From NCBI RefSeq assembly GCF_944389935.1, contig NZ_CALXOE010000010.1: a DNA stretch of 64,000 nucleotides, one strand, 5' to 3'. The stretch's first letter is position 1. Each line of letters opens with the position of its first letter. A program made the position numbers and the translations under genes. Shown here one piece after another: positions 27,725-35,526 of the stretch. This DNA is from an uncultured Victivallis sp. (GTDB lineage Bacteria; Verrucomicrobiota; Lentisphaeria; Victivallales; Victivallaceae). The notes beneath the pieces are model-generated. The model did not search any database. It saw only the letters and a list, made by a program, of their open reading frames with translations, and was not told the origin of the DNA.

Positions 27725-27755
27725 TACAATAATATCGCTTTAGATATAATTCAAG
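27725..27755 (-). promoter_or_regulatory. Promoter/operator unit for the MBL-ROK-SDR operon
   Basis: Minus strand TTGAAT-N17-TATTGT with TATC-N6-GATA palindrome in the spacer; 25/31 identical to 34483-34513. Confidence 0.65.
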
Positions 27756-27766
27756 GGGGTGTCTCT

Positions 27767-28993
27767 ATGAAAACAGAAAATTCAATCGCGTTCGAGAAAT
27801 TGGTGAGTGCCAGACCGGTACTGATCGGCTGTCGGCGGGCGGGGGAAGTGATTCCGGGATTCCGACGGAATCTGATTCTTCACTCCGGGCCGGAACTGGA
27901 GTTCGGAAAGATGCGGGGACCGCATCGGAAAGGGGTGGTTGGAGCCGCGCTTTACGAGGGCCTGGCCCGAACCGCCTCTGAAGCGGAACAAATGATCGAA
28001 AACGGGGAAATCGAACTTGCGGCCGCCAACGACTGGAATTCCGGAGCACCGGGCAGCGGAATCACCTCGTACTCGATGGCGGTTCTCGTGGTTCGGGAGG
28101 CGAATTCCGGAATCATCGCGACTGCGCCTCCGATCGAGGGCGCGCAGGGCGGCGGACTCGGCGGCTGGGGCGTATACAATGAAGAGGTGAAAACCAATCT
28201 CGACCGGATTGCCGGGAGTTACGCGCCGCTTCTTGACGCCGCACTCGCCGCCATCGGCGGAATCGACGTCGTCGAACTCTTTTCCGCCGGGCTGCAGATG
28301 GGAGACGAGGAACACACGCGCCAGGTCGCTACTGACAACCTGTTCTTTTCCAAAATCTTCAATGGTGTCGACCAGATCGACGCCGCATCGGAGGAGAAAT
28401 TCCGCCTGCTGCGTTTTCTGCAGTCGTGCCGCCGGTTCGTTCACCACGTCGGCTGCGCCTCCGCAGTCGCCTCTTTGAAGTCCGCCTCCGGTGTAGCGGG
28501 CGCGACGCTCGTGACTGCGATGTGCGGCAACGGCGTCGAATTCGGAATCAAAACAAGCGGAACCGGTGAACAGTGGTTCACCGCCCCGGCTCCGGTGTTC
28601 AACGGCCACTACTTTTCGCCGGAAAACGGTCCGGCGGAATCCTCTCCGTGGCTCGGCGACTCGAGCAACGTCGAGGCGTGGGGAGTCGGCGGCATGGCTG
28701 CGGCCGCGGCACCGGCACTGCTCGCCATGCGTGGCGAAACCCTCGAACAGGGCATCGCCCAGTGTCGGGAAATGGCCCGCGTCACCTGCGGCGTGAATCC
28801 GCATTTCGCAATTCCGACTCTCGGAGAGTGCGCTCCGGCGGGGATTCTGCCGGAGCGGGTCGTGGAGACCGGGATCACCCCGAAAATGCACGGAGGAATC
28901 CTCTCCCGCACGACAGGCGGACAAATCGGCATCGGCTACGCGCGCACTCCGCTGGACTGTTTCGGAAAGGCACTCTCATGTTTCGGGCGCTGA
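27767..28993 (+). CDS. DUF1116 (YlbE/YahG-like) protein
   Basis: ILHSGPEL, GAALYEGLA, GLQMGDE.H, NGVEFGI, GDSS.VEA.G.GG, IGIG..R.PL.CF. Confidence 0.8.
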   Translation: MKTENSIAFEKLVSARPVLIGCRRAGEVIPGFRRNLILHSGPELEFGKMRGPHRKGVVGAALYEGLARTASEAEQMIENGEIELAAANDWNSGAPGSGITSYSMAVLVVREANSGIIATAPPIEGAQGGGLGGWGVYNEEVKTNLDRIAGSYAPLLDAALAAIGGIDVVELFSAGLQMGDEEHTRQVATDNLFFSKIFNGVDQIDAASEEKFRLLRFLQSCRRFVHHVGCASAVASLKSASGVAGATLVTAMCGNGVEFGIKTSGTGEQWFTAPAPVFNGHYFSPENGPAESSPWLGDSSNVEAWGVGGMAAAAAPALLAMRGETLEQGIAQCREMARVTCGVNPHFAIPTLGECAPAGILPERVVETGITPKMHGGILSRTTGGQIGIGYARTPLDCFGKALSCFGR

Positions 28994-29553
28994 TCGCTGC
29001 ATTGGACGGAATTCCCTGCGAACCGGGAATTAAGATCCTCCGGGAATTCCGGACCGGAACGCTCTTTCCGGAGATCGGTTGCGCCCGGGTCACGGTCGAG
29101 GCGGGAATCCTCGTCGCACGTGGTGCGTTCCGTGATTTCGACATCTACAGCGATGCCACGGCGAACAATCAGGAACTGTGGAAGCTCGGAGACACTTTTG
29201 AACTGATCTTCGGCGAAGAAGGCCGTCAGGACTATTTCGAGGTTCAAGTCGCACCGAACGGCCCGCAGCTGGAACTCCACATCCCGGATTGTCGCACGTT
29301 TCGCGCCATTCCCCATGCGAAGAAGATCTGCGATATCGGCCTGCAAAGTCGGACCGTGATCCTGTCGGAACAGAATCTGTGGCTTGCAGAACTCAGAATT
29401 CCGCTCCGATCCGTCGGAATCAGCGAAGATCGACTGCGCTACGTCGCCATCCGGCAGAACCACACCCACGGCCGAGAGACGGAAATCACGGCAGGTGCGG
29501 TTTTTCCGGAGACCGCCCATACGCCGGAACTCTGGGAGCGTTATCCGGCATAA
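28978..29553 (+). CDS. Carbohydrate-binding family 9/DOMON-like protein
   Basis: GDTFELIF, DYFEVQVAPNG, WLAELRIPL pattern; overlaps DUF1116 stop. Confidence 0.5.
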   Translation: MFRALIAALDGIPCEPGIKILREFRTGTLFPEIGCARVTVEAGILVARGAFRDFDIYSDATANNQELWKLGDTFELIFGEEGRQDYFEVQVAPNGPQLELHIPDCRTFRAIPHAKKICDIGLQSRTVILSEQNLWLAELRIPLRSVGISEDRLRYVAIRQNHTHGRETEITAGAVFPETAHTPELWERYPA

Positions 29554-29560
29554 GCCTGCC

Positions 29561-29594
29561 TCCGTCCGCGCCGGATTTTTCCGGCGCGGCGGAT
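29561..29594. terminator. Hairpin between convergent genes
   Basis: CCGCGCCGGA / TCCGGCGCGG stem. Confidence 0.55.
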
Positions 29595-29630
29595 CGTCCT
29601 CCCCTCCCCCGCTTTTCCGGACCACTCCGA

Positions 29631-31211
29631 TCACTGACTGGGGAGGAGCCATTCCGGCTCAGTCCCCTGTGCGCCGTACCAGTCGAAACGTTCTTCGCGG
29701 TCGGCGATGAGCCACCGGGCGGGCGCGGGACTCTCCATCCAGTCGAGCGGTTCGACCCGGCTGCCGCCGGAAGCGGCCGTGCGGAAAAGAGCTCTCATCT
29801 CCTCAAGCTCCTGTGCCGACGATATTCCCGGCAGGACCGAGGCGAAGAGCGTCGTGCCGCTTTCCGCGACCAGGCGCGCCCACTGGCGGTTGAACTGCCA
29901 CGGAACACATTCGGTAACGCCCACGCAATCCGGATCGACGTCGAAAAAGGTGCGATGCTGCGCGAGCCGGAACGCGAGGGTGTTGACTCCCATTTTCCGG
30001 GTTCGTTCCCAGACGCGGCCGCTGGTGTCGTCCCCGCTCCTCACGACATGCACCAACCCGGCTCCGAGATGTCCTATGATGTTGCAGCCGAGGATCATCG
30101 CCGTTCCGGCGCCCTCGAGGAGCGCCCGGTAGAAGTCCAAGACGATCTCGGCGGAACTGCGGTCATTTTTCCGGAACGTCCAGTTTCCGGAAGCGGGGAA
30201 TCCCCGCATCTCGAATCCCCATTGCCCGAAAATATCGAACGTCGAAAAATCATGCTTGATCAATTCATATCCGGCTCCGGCCAGACGGGCCATATCGTTC
30301 CGGACCCATTCCAGCACTTCCGGCAGAGAAGGATCCAGATACATGGGATCCCGCAGACTGCGGTACTTTTCCGGCGGGTTCGCCGTTTTCAGCGGCCGGA
30401 ACCAGATTCCGGGCCGCAGGCCGTCGGCCCGGATCGCAGCGGCGAGCTCCCCGAGATCGGCATAACCATCCGCCGTCTGTTCCCACGGCCCCATTCCGCG
30501 ATTGCGTTCCCAGCCGTCGTCGATGACCAGAAACGGCCGGTTCAGCAATCCCCGGGTCAGCGAGGACAGAAGGTCGGCGTCTTTCTTCAGCTGGGCGGAG
30601 GAGGATTTCCCGTAGGCGTAGTACCAGTTGTTGAAACCGTAGACCGGAAACTCCGGCAGCAGAGGGTCGCCGCACATGGTCCGGCAGAACTCCTGAACAT
30701 GCCGGGTGGCGGGCTTGTCCGTGCGAATCGCGATTCCGGTCAGCGTCGCAGCGGCGAGTTCTCTCCTGCCGAGCATGAGCGGCTCGGTCCCGCAGCGCAG
30801 ATCGAGCCAGAGGGTGATCCCCCGCGGGTCGCACTGCCAGGCGGCGAATGCAGCCGGACGCACCCGGACGCCGAACCCGAGAAAAAGCCCCTCGTGAAAC
30901 GCCACAAAGTACCACGGCATCAGCGTCCCGGGATCGGGATGACGCCAGCTCACATCTCCATAAGTCCGTTCCCAGGCATCGCCGCAGACCAGACATTCCG
31001 CCGGCAGTTCGATGTTCCAGCGCAGGCGAATGAAGCGGACACCCGCCCGGCCGCCGGCGACGACCACCTGCAGCCAGCCGTCGGCCGCGCGGAATGAAAG
31101 TTCCACTCCTCCGGCCGCCTGTTCGTTTTTCGGTGCGGCAAACACCTCGGAACCATCTCCGCAGATCACTTCGGCAAAGTCAGGAAGTCGCGGAAAAAGG
31201 ACTTCTTCCAT
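29631..31211 (-). CDS. Alpha-galactosidase-like glycoside hydrolase (clan GH-D, GH27/GH36-like)
   Basis: YGFNNWY, VIDDGW, IKHDF (nucleophile), RSGDD (acid/base); start set at ATG 31211. Confidence 0.75.
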   Translation of the reverse strand: MEEVLFPRLPDFAEVICGDGSEVFAAPKNEQAAGGVELSFRAADGWLQVVVAGGRAGVRFIRLRWNIELPAECLVCGDAWERTYGDVSWRHPDPGTLMPWYFVAFHEGLFLGFGVRVRPAAFAAWQCDPRGITLWLDLRCGTEPLMLGRRELAAATLTGIAIRTDKPATRHVQEFCRTMCGDPLLPEFPVYGFNNWYYAYGKSSSAQLKKDADLLSSLTRGLLNRPFLVIDDGWERNRGMGPWEQTADGYADLGELAAAIRADGLRPGIWFRPLKTANPPEKYRSLRDPMYLDPSLPEVLEWVRNDMARLAGAGYELIKHDFSTFDIFGQWGFEMRGFPASGNWTFRKNDRSSAEIVLDFYRALLEGAGTAMILGCNIIGHLGAGLVHVVRSGDDTSGRVWERTRKMGVNTLAFRLAQHRTFFDVDPDCVGVTECVPWQFNRQWARLVAESGTTLFASVLPGISSAQELEEMRALFRTAASGGSRVEPLDWMESPAPARWLIADREERFDWYGAQGTEPEWLLPSQ

Positions 31212-31339
31212 CTTCGTCTCCAATTCTTTCCAACAGTCAAAACTTTCGATGTGCAACAAAAAAATATCTGCATGACAGCTGACGCGACAGGCCTCGGATC
31301 AATGTATCATGCAGGGGGAAAAGAGTCAAGCGCAGTTTT

Positions 31340-34300
31340 TCACTTGCTACTCGATTCTCCTGATTTTTTCCGAGTTTCCCGCTCATCCGCCGCGCGGGGA
31401 GAGAGAAGCCGGAAAATCTCGCCTGCGACCGGGACCAGCCGGGCACCTTCGACATAGACCGGAGATTCGGTCAGCGGGAGAATGACGATACCGTTCCGAT
31501 CGGCAGTCAGAAGTTTCGTTTCACCCACGACGTCGGTCACCCGAATGGATTTCCCGTTTTCCGCAGTCAGGGCCAGCGGTCGCGGAGGCGTCACATCCGT
31601 TGCGACCCACGGAGCGCGGTGAAATCCCTGCGGGATGATGGCCTCCTGTTCACGCAGGCCGTCTTTCCGACTCCAGAGTACCGCGAATTTGCCGTTGGGT
31701 CCCTTGTCGAACAGCAAACCGCGCGCATCGGGGTCCTCGAATTGCAGATCGCCGAGGAATTCACCGGGATCGAAAAATTTCGCCGCCGTCTGATAAGCCC
31801 AGAGCGGAACTTTCGGCATCCAGTCGCGATGGAACAACCCGAAATGACACTCCCGTTTCCGATCCTGTTTCACATGAGTGCCGATCAGATGCGGCGGTTC
31901 AAAGTCGTTGAACATGTAGAGCATGACGTTCTTCACGTCGGCGGCGACTGCGAGAGCCATCTGGATACAGAGGTCGTCGGCGGTGGTACGCTGATTGTTC
32001 GTCACACCGAAATTCGGACCGCTTGCGCTGTACAATTCACTGATGTACAGCGGCTTGTCTCCGAATTCACGGGTTGCTTCCCGAATGGTTTTCAACGTCC
32101 CGAGGTAACTCCAGTAGGAGTCGTCGTTCTCCGGAGAACGGGTGATCCCGGCAGCGTGGAACGCGAGGTAGTCGAAATCATCCCAGGCCCCTTTTTCGTA
32201 AACAGTCCGCATATAAGGCATGTCGCCGTTGGCGATGGAGAGCCCGGTCAACTTGATCTCCGGGAAATCCCGGTCCCGGACTTCGCGCAGCGCCGAAGCG
32301 TAGAATGCGTACACCTCCGCAAGTTTCGCCTTTCTCTCTCCGCCGGAGAGATTCCATTCGTTGCTGAATTCAAACACTTCCGACCCGGATGCACGGGTAT
32401 TCTTCAGGTTGCCCGCCATAAACTTCTTCACGCTTTCCCGGTTCGCAAGCCAGCTGTTTTCTCCACGGGCATGGCGCAGGACATTGTCCCAGTCTCCGAT
32501 GTTGTTGTGATACCAGGTCCTGATGCCGAGAGAATGCGCAAGCTCCTCGTATCCATAGCATTGACGGACCAGAGAAACGCCGATTCTGCGCATCATCGAC
32601 AAAACCTGCTCCGGCGTCCGCGACTCTGTGACCTGCCCCGGGTTGTTGCGCCAGCCGGTCATCCCGATGCGCGACATCTTTCCCGCCCGGAAACGGTATT
32701 CCGGCAGATACCCCCCGCAGACCCGCCGATAATCACCGGCATATTCGTGCGAAGCGAAAATATCAAAGAATACCGGCCCCGGCCGCGTGATCTCGACGGA
32801 AATCGGGATGGAACACTCCGCCTCAGCTTCGACGATGTTGGACACGGTGTCCTCGCGCAGAATATTTCCGTGAAAGTCATGCACCACATAATGCAGGTCG
32901 ATCCGCTGCCGTTTCCGGAAATAATTCCCGACGTGAGCCTGCAGGCGGTAGGTACCGGGCTCTTTCAGCAACCAGAACGGGTCCGGGGATTCGACCTCCA
33001 TGAGCAGCCGTTCATCTCCTGCCCGCGCCAGGGCCTCGCGGCGGCGCGCCCCCTGATCGGGGCGGACGGAAAACGCAATCGTCCCGGAATAAAAATCCGG
33101 AGCCCAGGGCAATCGCGCCAGATTGACCGCCACCCGGAGTTTGCCGTCCTGCCAGAATTCCGGCCAGGTCGGGCTCTCCCCGCTGACCGCGATAGCGGCG
33201 TGCCCCCGCTCTCCCCCGAATTCAATGACCTGTCCGCGGATTTTTTCCTCTGGCTCGCCGCCGGTTCGATGCAGATAGAACCGTTCCGGTGAGAACCGCG
33301 CCGTCTCCCGGATTCCGGCAGCGGGGATGAAAGGAACCGCGCAGAGATTTTTCCCCCACTCCTGCGGAACCTTTCCGGACGGATAAATCCGCAGTCGCGC
33401 TCCCTCCGGAAAAAGCGTCCACTGCAGCAGGTAGAGTCTCCCGCCCTTCTCATTCAGCGCCTCGACGCCGAACACCTTGCTGCTCGCCCCTTTCACGTCC
33501 GTTGCGGTGGGGATCATACGGTAATCGATCCGCGGCAGTTCAGGATTGTCATCTTCGAGCGCAACGCCGCGAAATTCCGCCGGAAGTTCCGCCCGGCCGG
33601 GCAACTCCGGAACGCCGATCATTCCGAGCGGATGCCACGCCCCGTCGTCATTCCGGAACTCCACACTGGTGAATCCGTCGGCATGGAACGTCAATTTCAT
33701 GCGCTCATTTTCCAGGATCTCGATCTGTCCGCGTTCCCGCGTCCGCAACGCACCGCGATCGACGAATGCGAGGTCGGCAATCTTGAGCACGCCGTGCGTA
33801 TCGTGCCCCGGAATTACTTCAAAGCGGATCTGAACGGGAGGCCGATCGGACTGCAGTCTGATGTTCCCGACTTTCCTCGTTCTGCCGGATTCCAGGTCGG
33901 TCACGCTCAAGTCGAGCAGTCGATCCGTATGAATCAACTCGGCTTTCACACGATACCATGTCTCATCCCGGACGGGGAGATCTCCCGGAAGAAATCCGCC
34001 GGGAACCGTCCGCAAATAACGTCCACCGAGTTCGGCGACGGTTTCCCCGCTCGAATCAAGCAGCGTAATCCGGAATGAATACGGGTTCTTTTCCTTTCCC
34101 CATCCCGGCGGGGAAAATTTGAAATCATAAGAGAGCTCCCAAGCCTCGCTCGGCTCAAACCGCGGAGAACACGCAATGGCGGGATCCCCTGCCCAATCGT
34201 AATCCTGCAACATCAAAACCGCCCGTTTGCCATCCCGCGAAATCCCCGCAGAAGTATAGCGCTCCCCGTTGCGATGTCCGCTGAACGTCCAGCGTTTCGC

Positions 34301-34411
34301 AATTTCCGGAGACTGGAAACTCTCTTTCAGAAGGACTCGTCCCTCATTTGCGCCCGCCGAGACACGGGAGAACATCAGGATACAAAAAACAATCCCCGTC
34401 CAAAACTTCAT
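31340..34411 (-). CDS. Large secreted modular protein with clan GH-A (GH39/GH5-like) catalytic domain
   Basis: Signal peptide; FEFSNEWN acid/base, LAFHAAG, LYISEL nucleophile. Confidence 0.65.
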   Translation of the reverse strand: MKFWTGIVFCILMFSRVSAGANEGRVLLKESFQSPEIAKRWTFSGHRNGERYTSAGISRDGKRAVLMLQDYDWAGDPAIACSPRFEPSEAWELSYDFKFSPPGWGKEKNPYSFRITLLDSSGETVAELGGRYLRTVPGGFLPGDLPVRDETWYRVKAELIHTDRLLDLSVTDLESGRTRKVGNIRLQSDRPPVQIRFEVIPGHDTHGVLKIADLAFVDRGALRTRERGQIEILENERMKLTFHADGFTSVEFRNDDGAWHPLGMIGVPELPGRAELPAEFRGVALEDDNPELPRIDYRMIPTATDVKGASSKVFGVEALNEKGGRLYLLQWTLFPEGARLRIYPSGKVPQEWGKNLCAVPFIPAAGIRETARFSPERFYLHRTGGEPEEKIRGQVIEFGGERGHAAIAVSGESPTWPEFWQDGKLRVAVNLARLPWAPDFYSGTIAFSVRPDQGARRREALARAGDERLLMEVESPDPFWLLKEPGTYRLQAHVGNYFRKRQRIDLHYVVHDFHGNILREDTVSNIVEAEAECSIPISVEITRPGPVFFDIFASHEYAGDYRRVCGGYLPEYRFRAGKMSRIGMTGWRNNPGQVTESRTPEQVLSMMRRIGVSLVRQCYGYEELAHSLGIRTWYHNNIGDWDNVLRHARGENSWLANRESVKKFMAGNLKNTRASGSEVFEFSNEWNLSGGERKAKLAEVYAFYASALREVRDRDFPEIKLTGLSIANGDMPYMRTVYEKGAWDDFDYLAFHAAGITRSPENDDSYWSYLGTLKTIREATREFGDKPLYISELYSASGPNFGVTNNQRTTADDLCIQMALAVAADVKNVMLYMFNDFEPPHLIGTHVKQDRKRECHFGLFHRDWMPKVPLWAYQTAAKFFDPGEFLGDLQFEDPDARGLLFDKGPNGKFAVLWSRKDGLREQEAIIPQGFHRAPWVATDVTPPRPLALTAENGKSIRVTDVVGETKLLTADRNGIVILPLTESPVYVEGARLVPVAGEIFRLLSPRAADERETRKKSGESSSK

Positions 34412-34482
34412 TCAAACCTCCTGCTCCTGTTGCCAATTCGTCGGCACAATCAATTTTCATTGCACTCTTTCACGCGATGATT

Positions 34483-34513
34483 TACAATATTATCACGAGT
34501 GATATAATTCAAG
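34483..34513 (-). promoter_or_regulatory. Promoter/operator unit for the GH-A and GH-D genes
   Basis: Minus strand TTGAAT-N17-TATTGT with TATCAC-GA-GTGATA palindrome in the spacer. Confidence 0.65.
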
Positions 34514-34569
34514 TTGACTTTGAAAAAAAGTAACATAAATTTGACTGGGAGCGGGAGCTCCGGAGGCGC

Positions 34570-35346
34570 TCACTCCGGGATGGAGAGTACAAGCACTCGC
34601 ACGCCACGTTTTCGCAACGCGGCGACGACGGGATGTTTCCGCGGTTCAAAATCGGTGATGAGAAGCGAGATTCTACCGGCGTCAACGCTGCGGCACAGAG
34701 CTTTTCCGCCAAGTTTCGCCGAGTCGGCGACGACAATCAGCCGATCAGAATTCTCCACCATCTTCCGCTGAAGTTCCGCCGCGTCCTCCCGGTTGTCGTA
34801 AAGGAAATCCGCGTCGAGCGCAGTTCCGGAAATGACTGCCGCATCGGCATGGAAATGTTCTATCGTGCGAACAGCCTCCGCCCCGGTCAGAATCTCCGAC
34901 TTCCGGTTGTAAACTCCGCCGGTCAGCTGCAACAACGGCATCGGTTCCCCCGAACCGGTGCAGCTCCATAACAGAGCCAGAGAGTTCGTGATGATCCGCA
35001 ATTCCGGGCGGGCCAGAAAATGACCGAGTTGCGCGGTCGTGGTTCCCCCGTCGATAAATACACATCCGCGCTGCGGCAATTCCGCCGCGACCGCCTCGGC
35101 GAGTTTGCATTTCACTTCGCGCCGCCACCCCTGCCGGAGACCGATCGGAAGTGCCGGATCTCCACGGAAATCCGCGGCCCGGATCCCGCCGTGAAATCGG
35201 CACGCTTCCCCACTCGTCGCCAGGAGCTCGAAATCACGGCGAATGGTCGCTTCACTGACTCCGAAACAGCGGGCGGTTTCGACACTGTTCAGAATCTCTC
35301 CCCGACGCAACAGCCGGATCATTCGTTGGATTCGATCTCGTTTCAT
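34570..35346 (-). CDS. DeoR/GlpR-family transcriptional regulator
   Basis: FGVSEATIRRDFELL HTH, RFHGG, FIDGGTT, ITNSL, VADSAKLG; start set at ATG 35346. Confidence 0.93.
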   Translation of the reverse strand: MKRDRIQRMIRLLRRGEILNSVETARCFGVSEATIRRDFELLATSGEACRFHGGIRAADFRGDPALPIGLRQGWRREVKCKLAEAVAAELPQRGCVFIDGGTTTAQLGHFLARPELRIITNSLALLWSCTGSGEPMPLLQLTGGVYNRKSEILTGAEAVRTIEHFHADAAVISGTALDADFLYDNREDAAELQRKMVENSDRLIVVADSAKLGGKALCRSVDAGRISLLITDFEPRKHPVVAALRKRGVRVLVLSIPE

Positions 35347-35395
35347 ATTGATACTGTAGCGGGAAAGCGACATTTTGCAAGCGGTAAAATGATCG

Positions 35396-35418
35396 AACAA
35401 TCACTTTTTTTGATTGTT
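35396..35418. promoter_or_regulatory. Candidate DeoR operator in divergent intergenic region
   Basis: AACAATCA-N7-TGATTGTT perfect inverted repeat; an extra GATTGTT half-site lies nearby. Confidence 0.55.
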
Positions 35419-35526
35419 TACAAGATTTTTTTCTGATTTTGACCGGTTTCGATTGTTTTCCATTCAGATACAGCTACACTAAAGACGCAGCAGAATCCAT
35501 CCATCAGTAAATCGAAAGGAGAAAGG

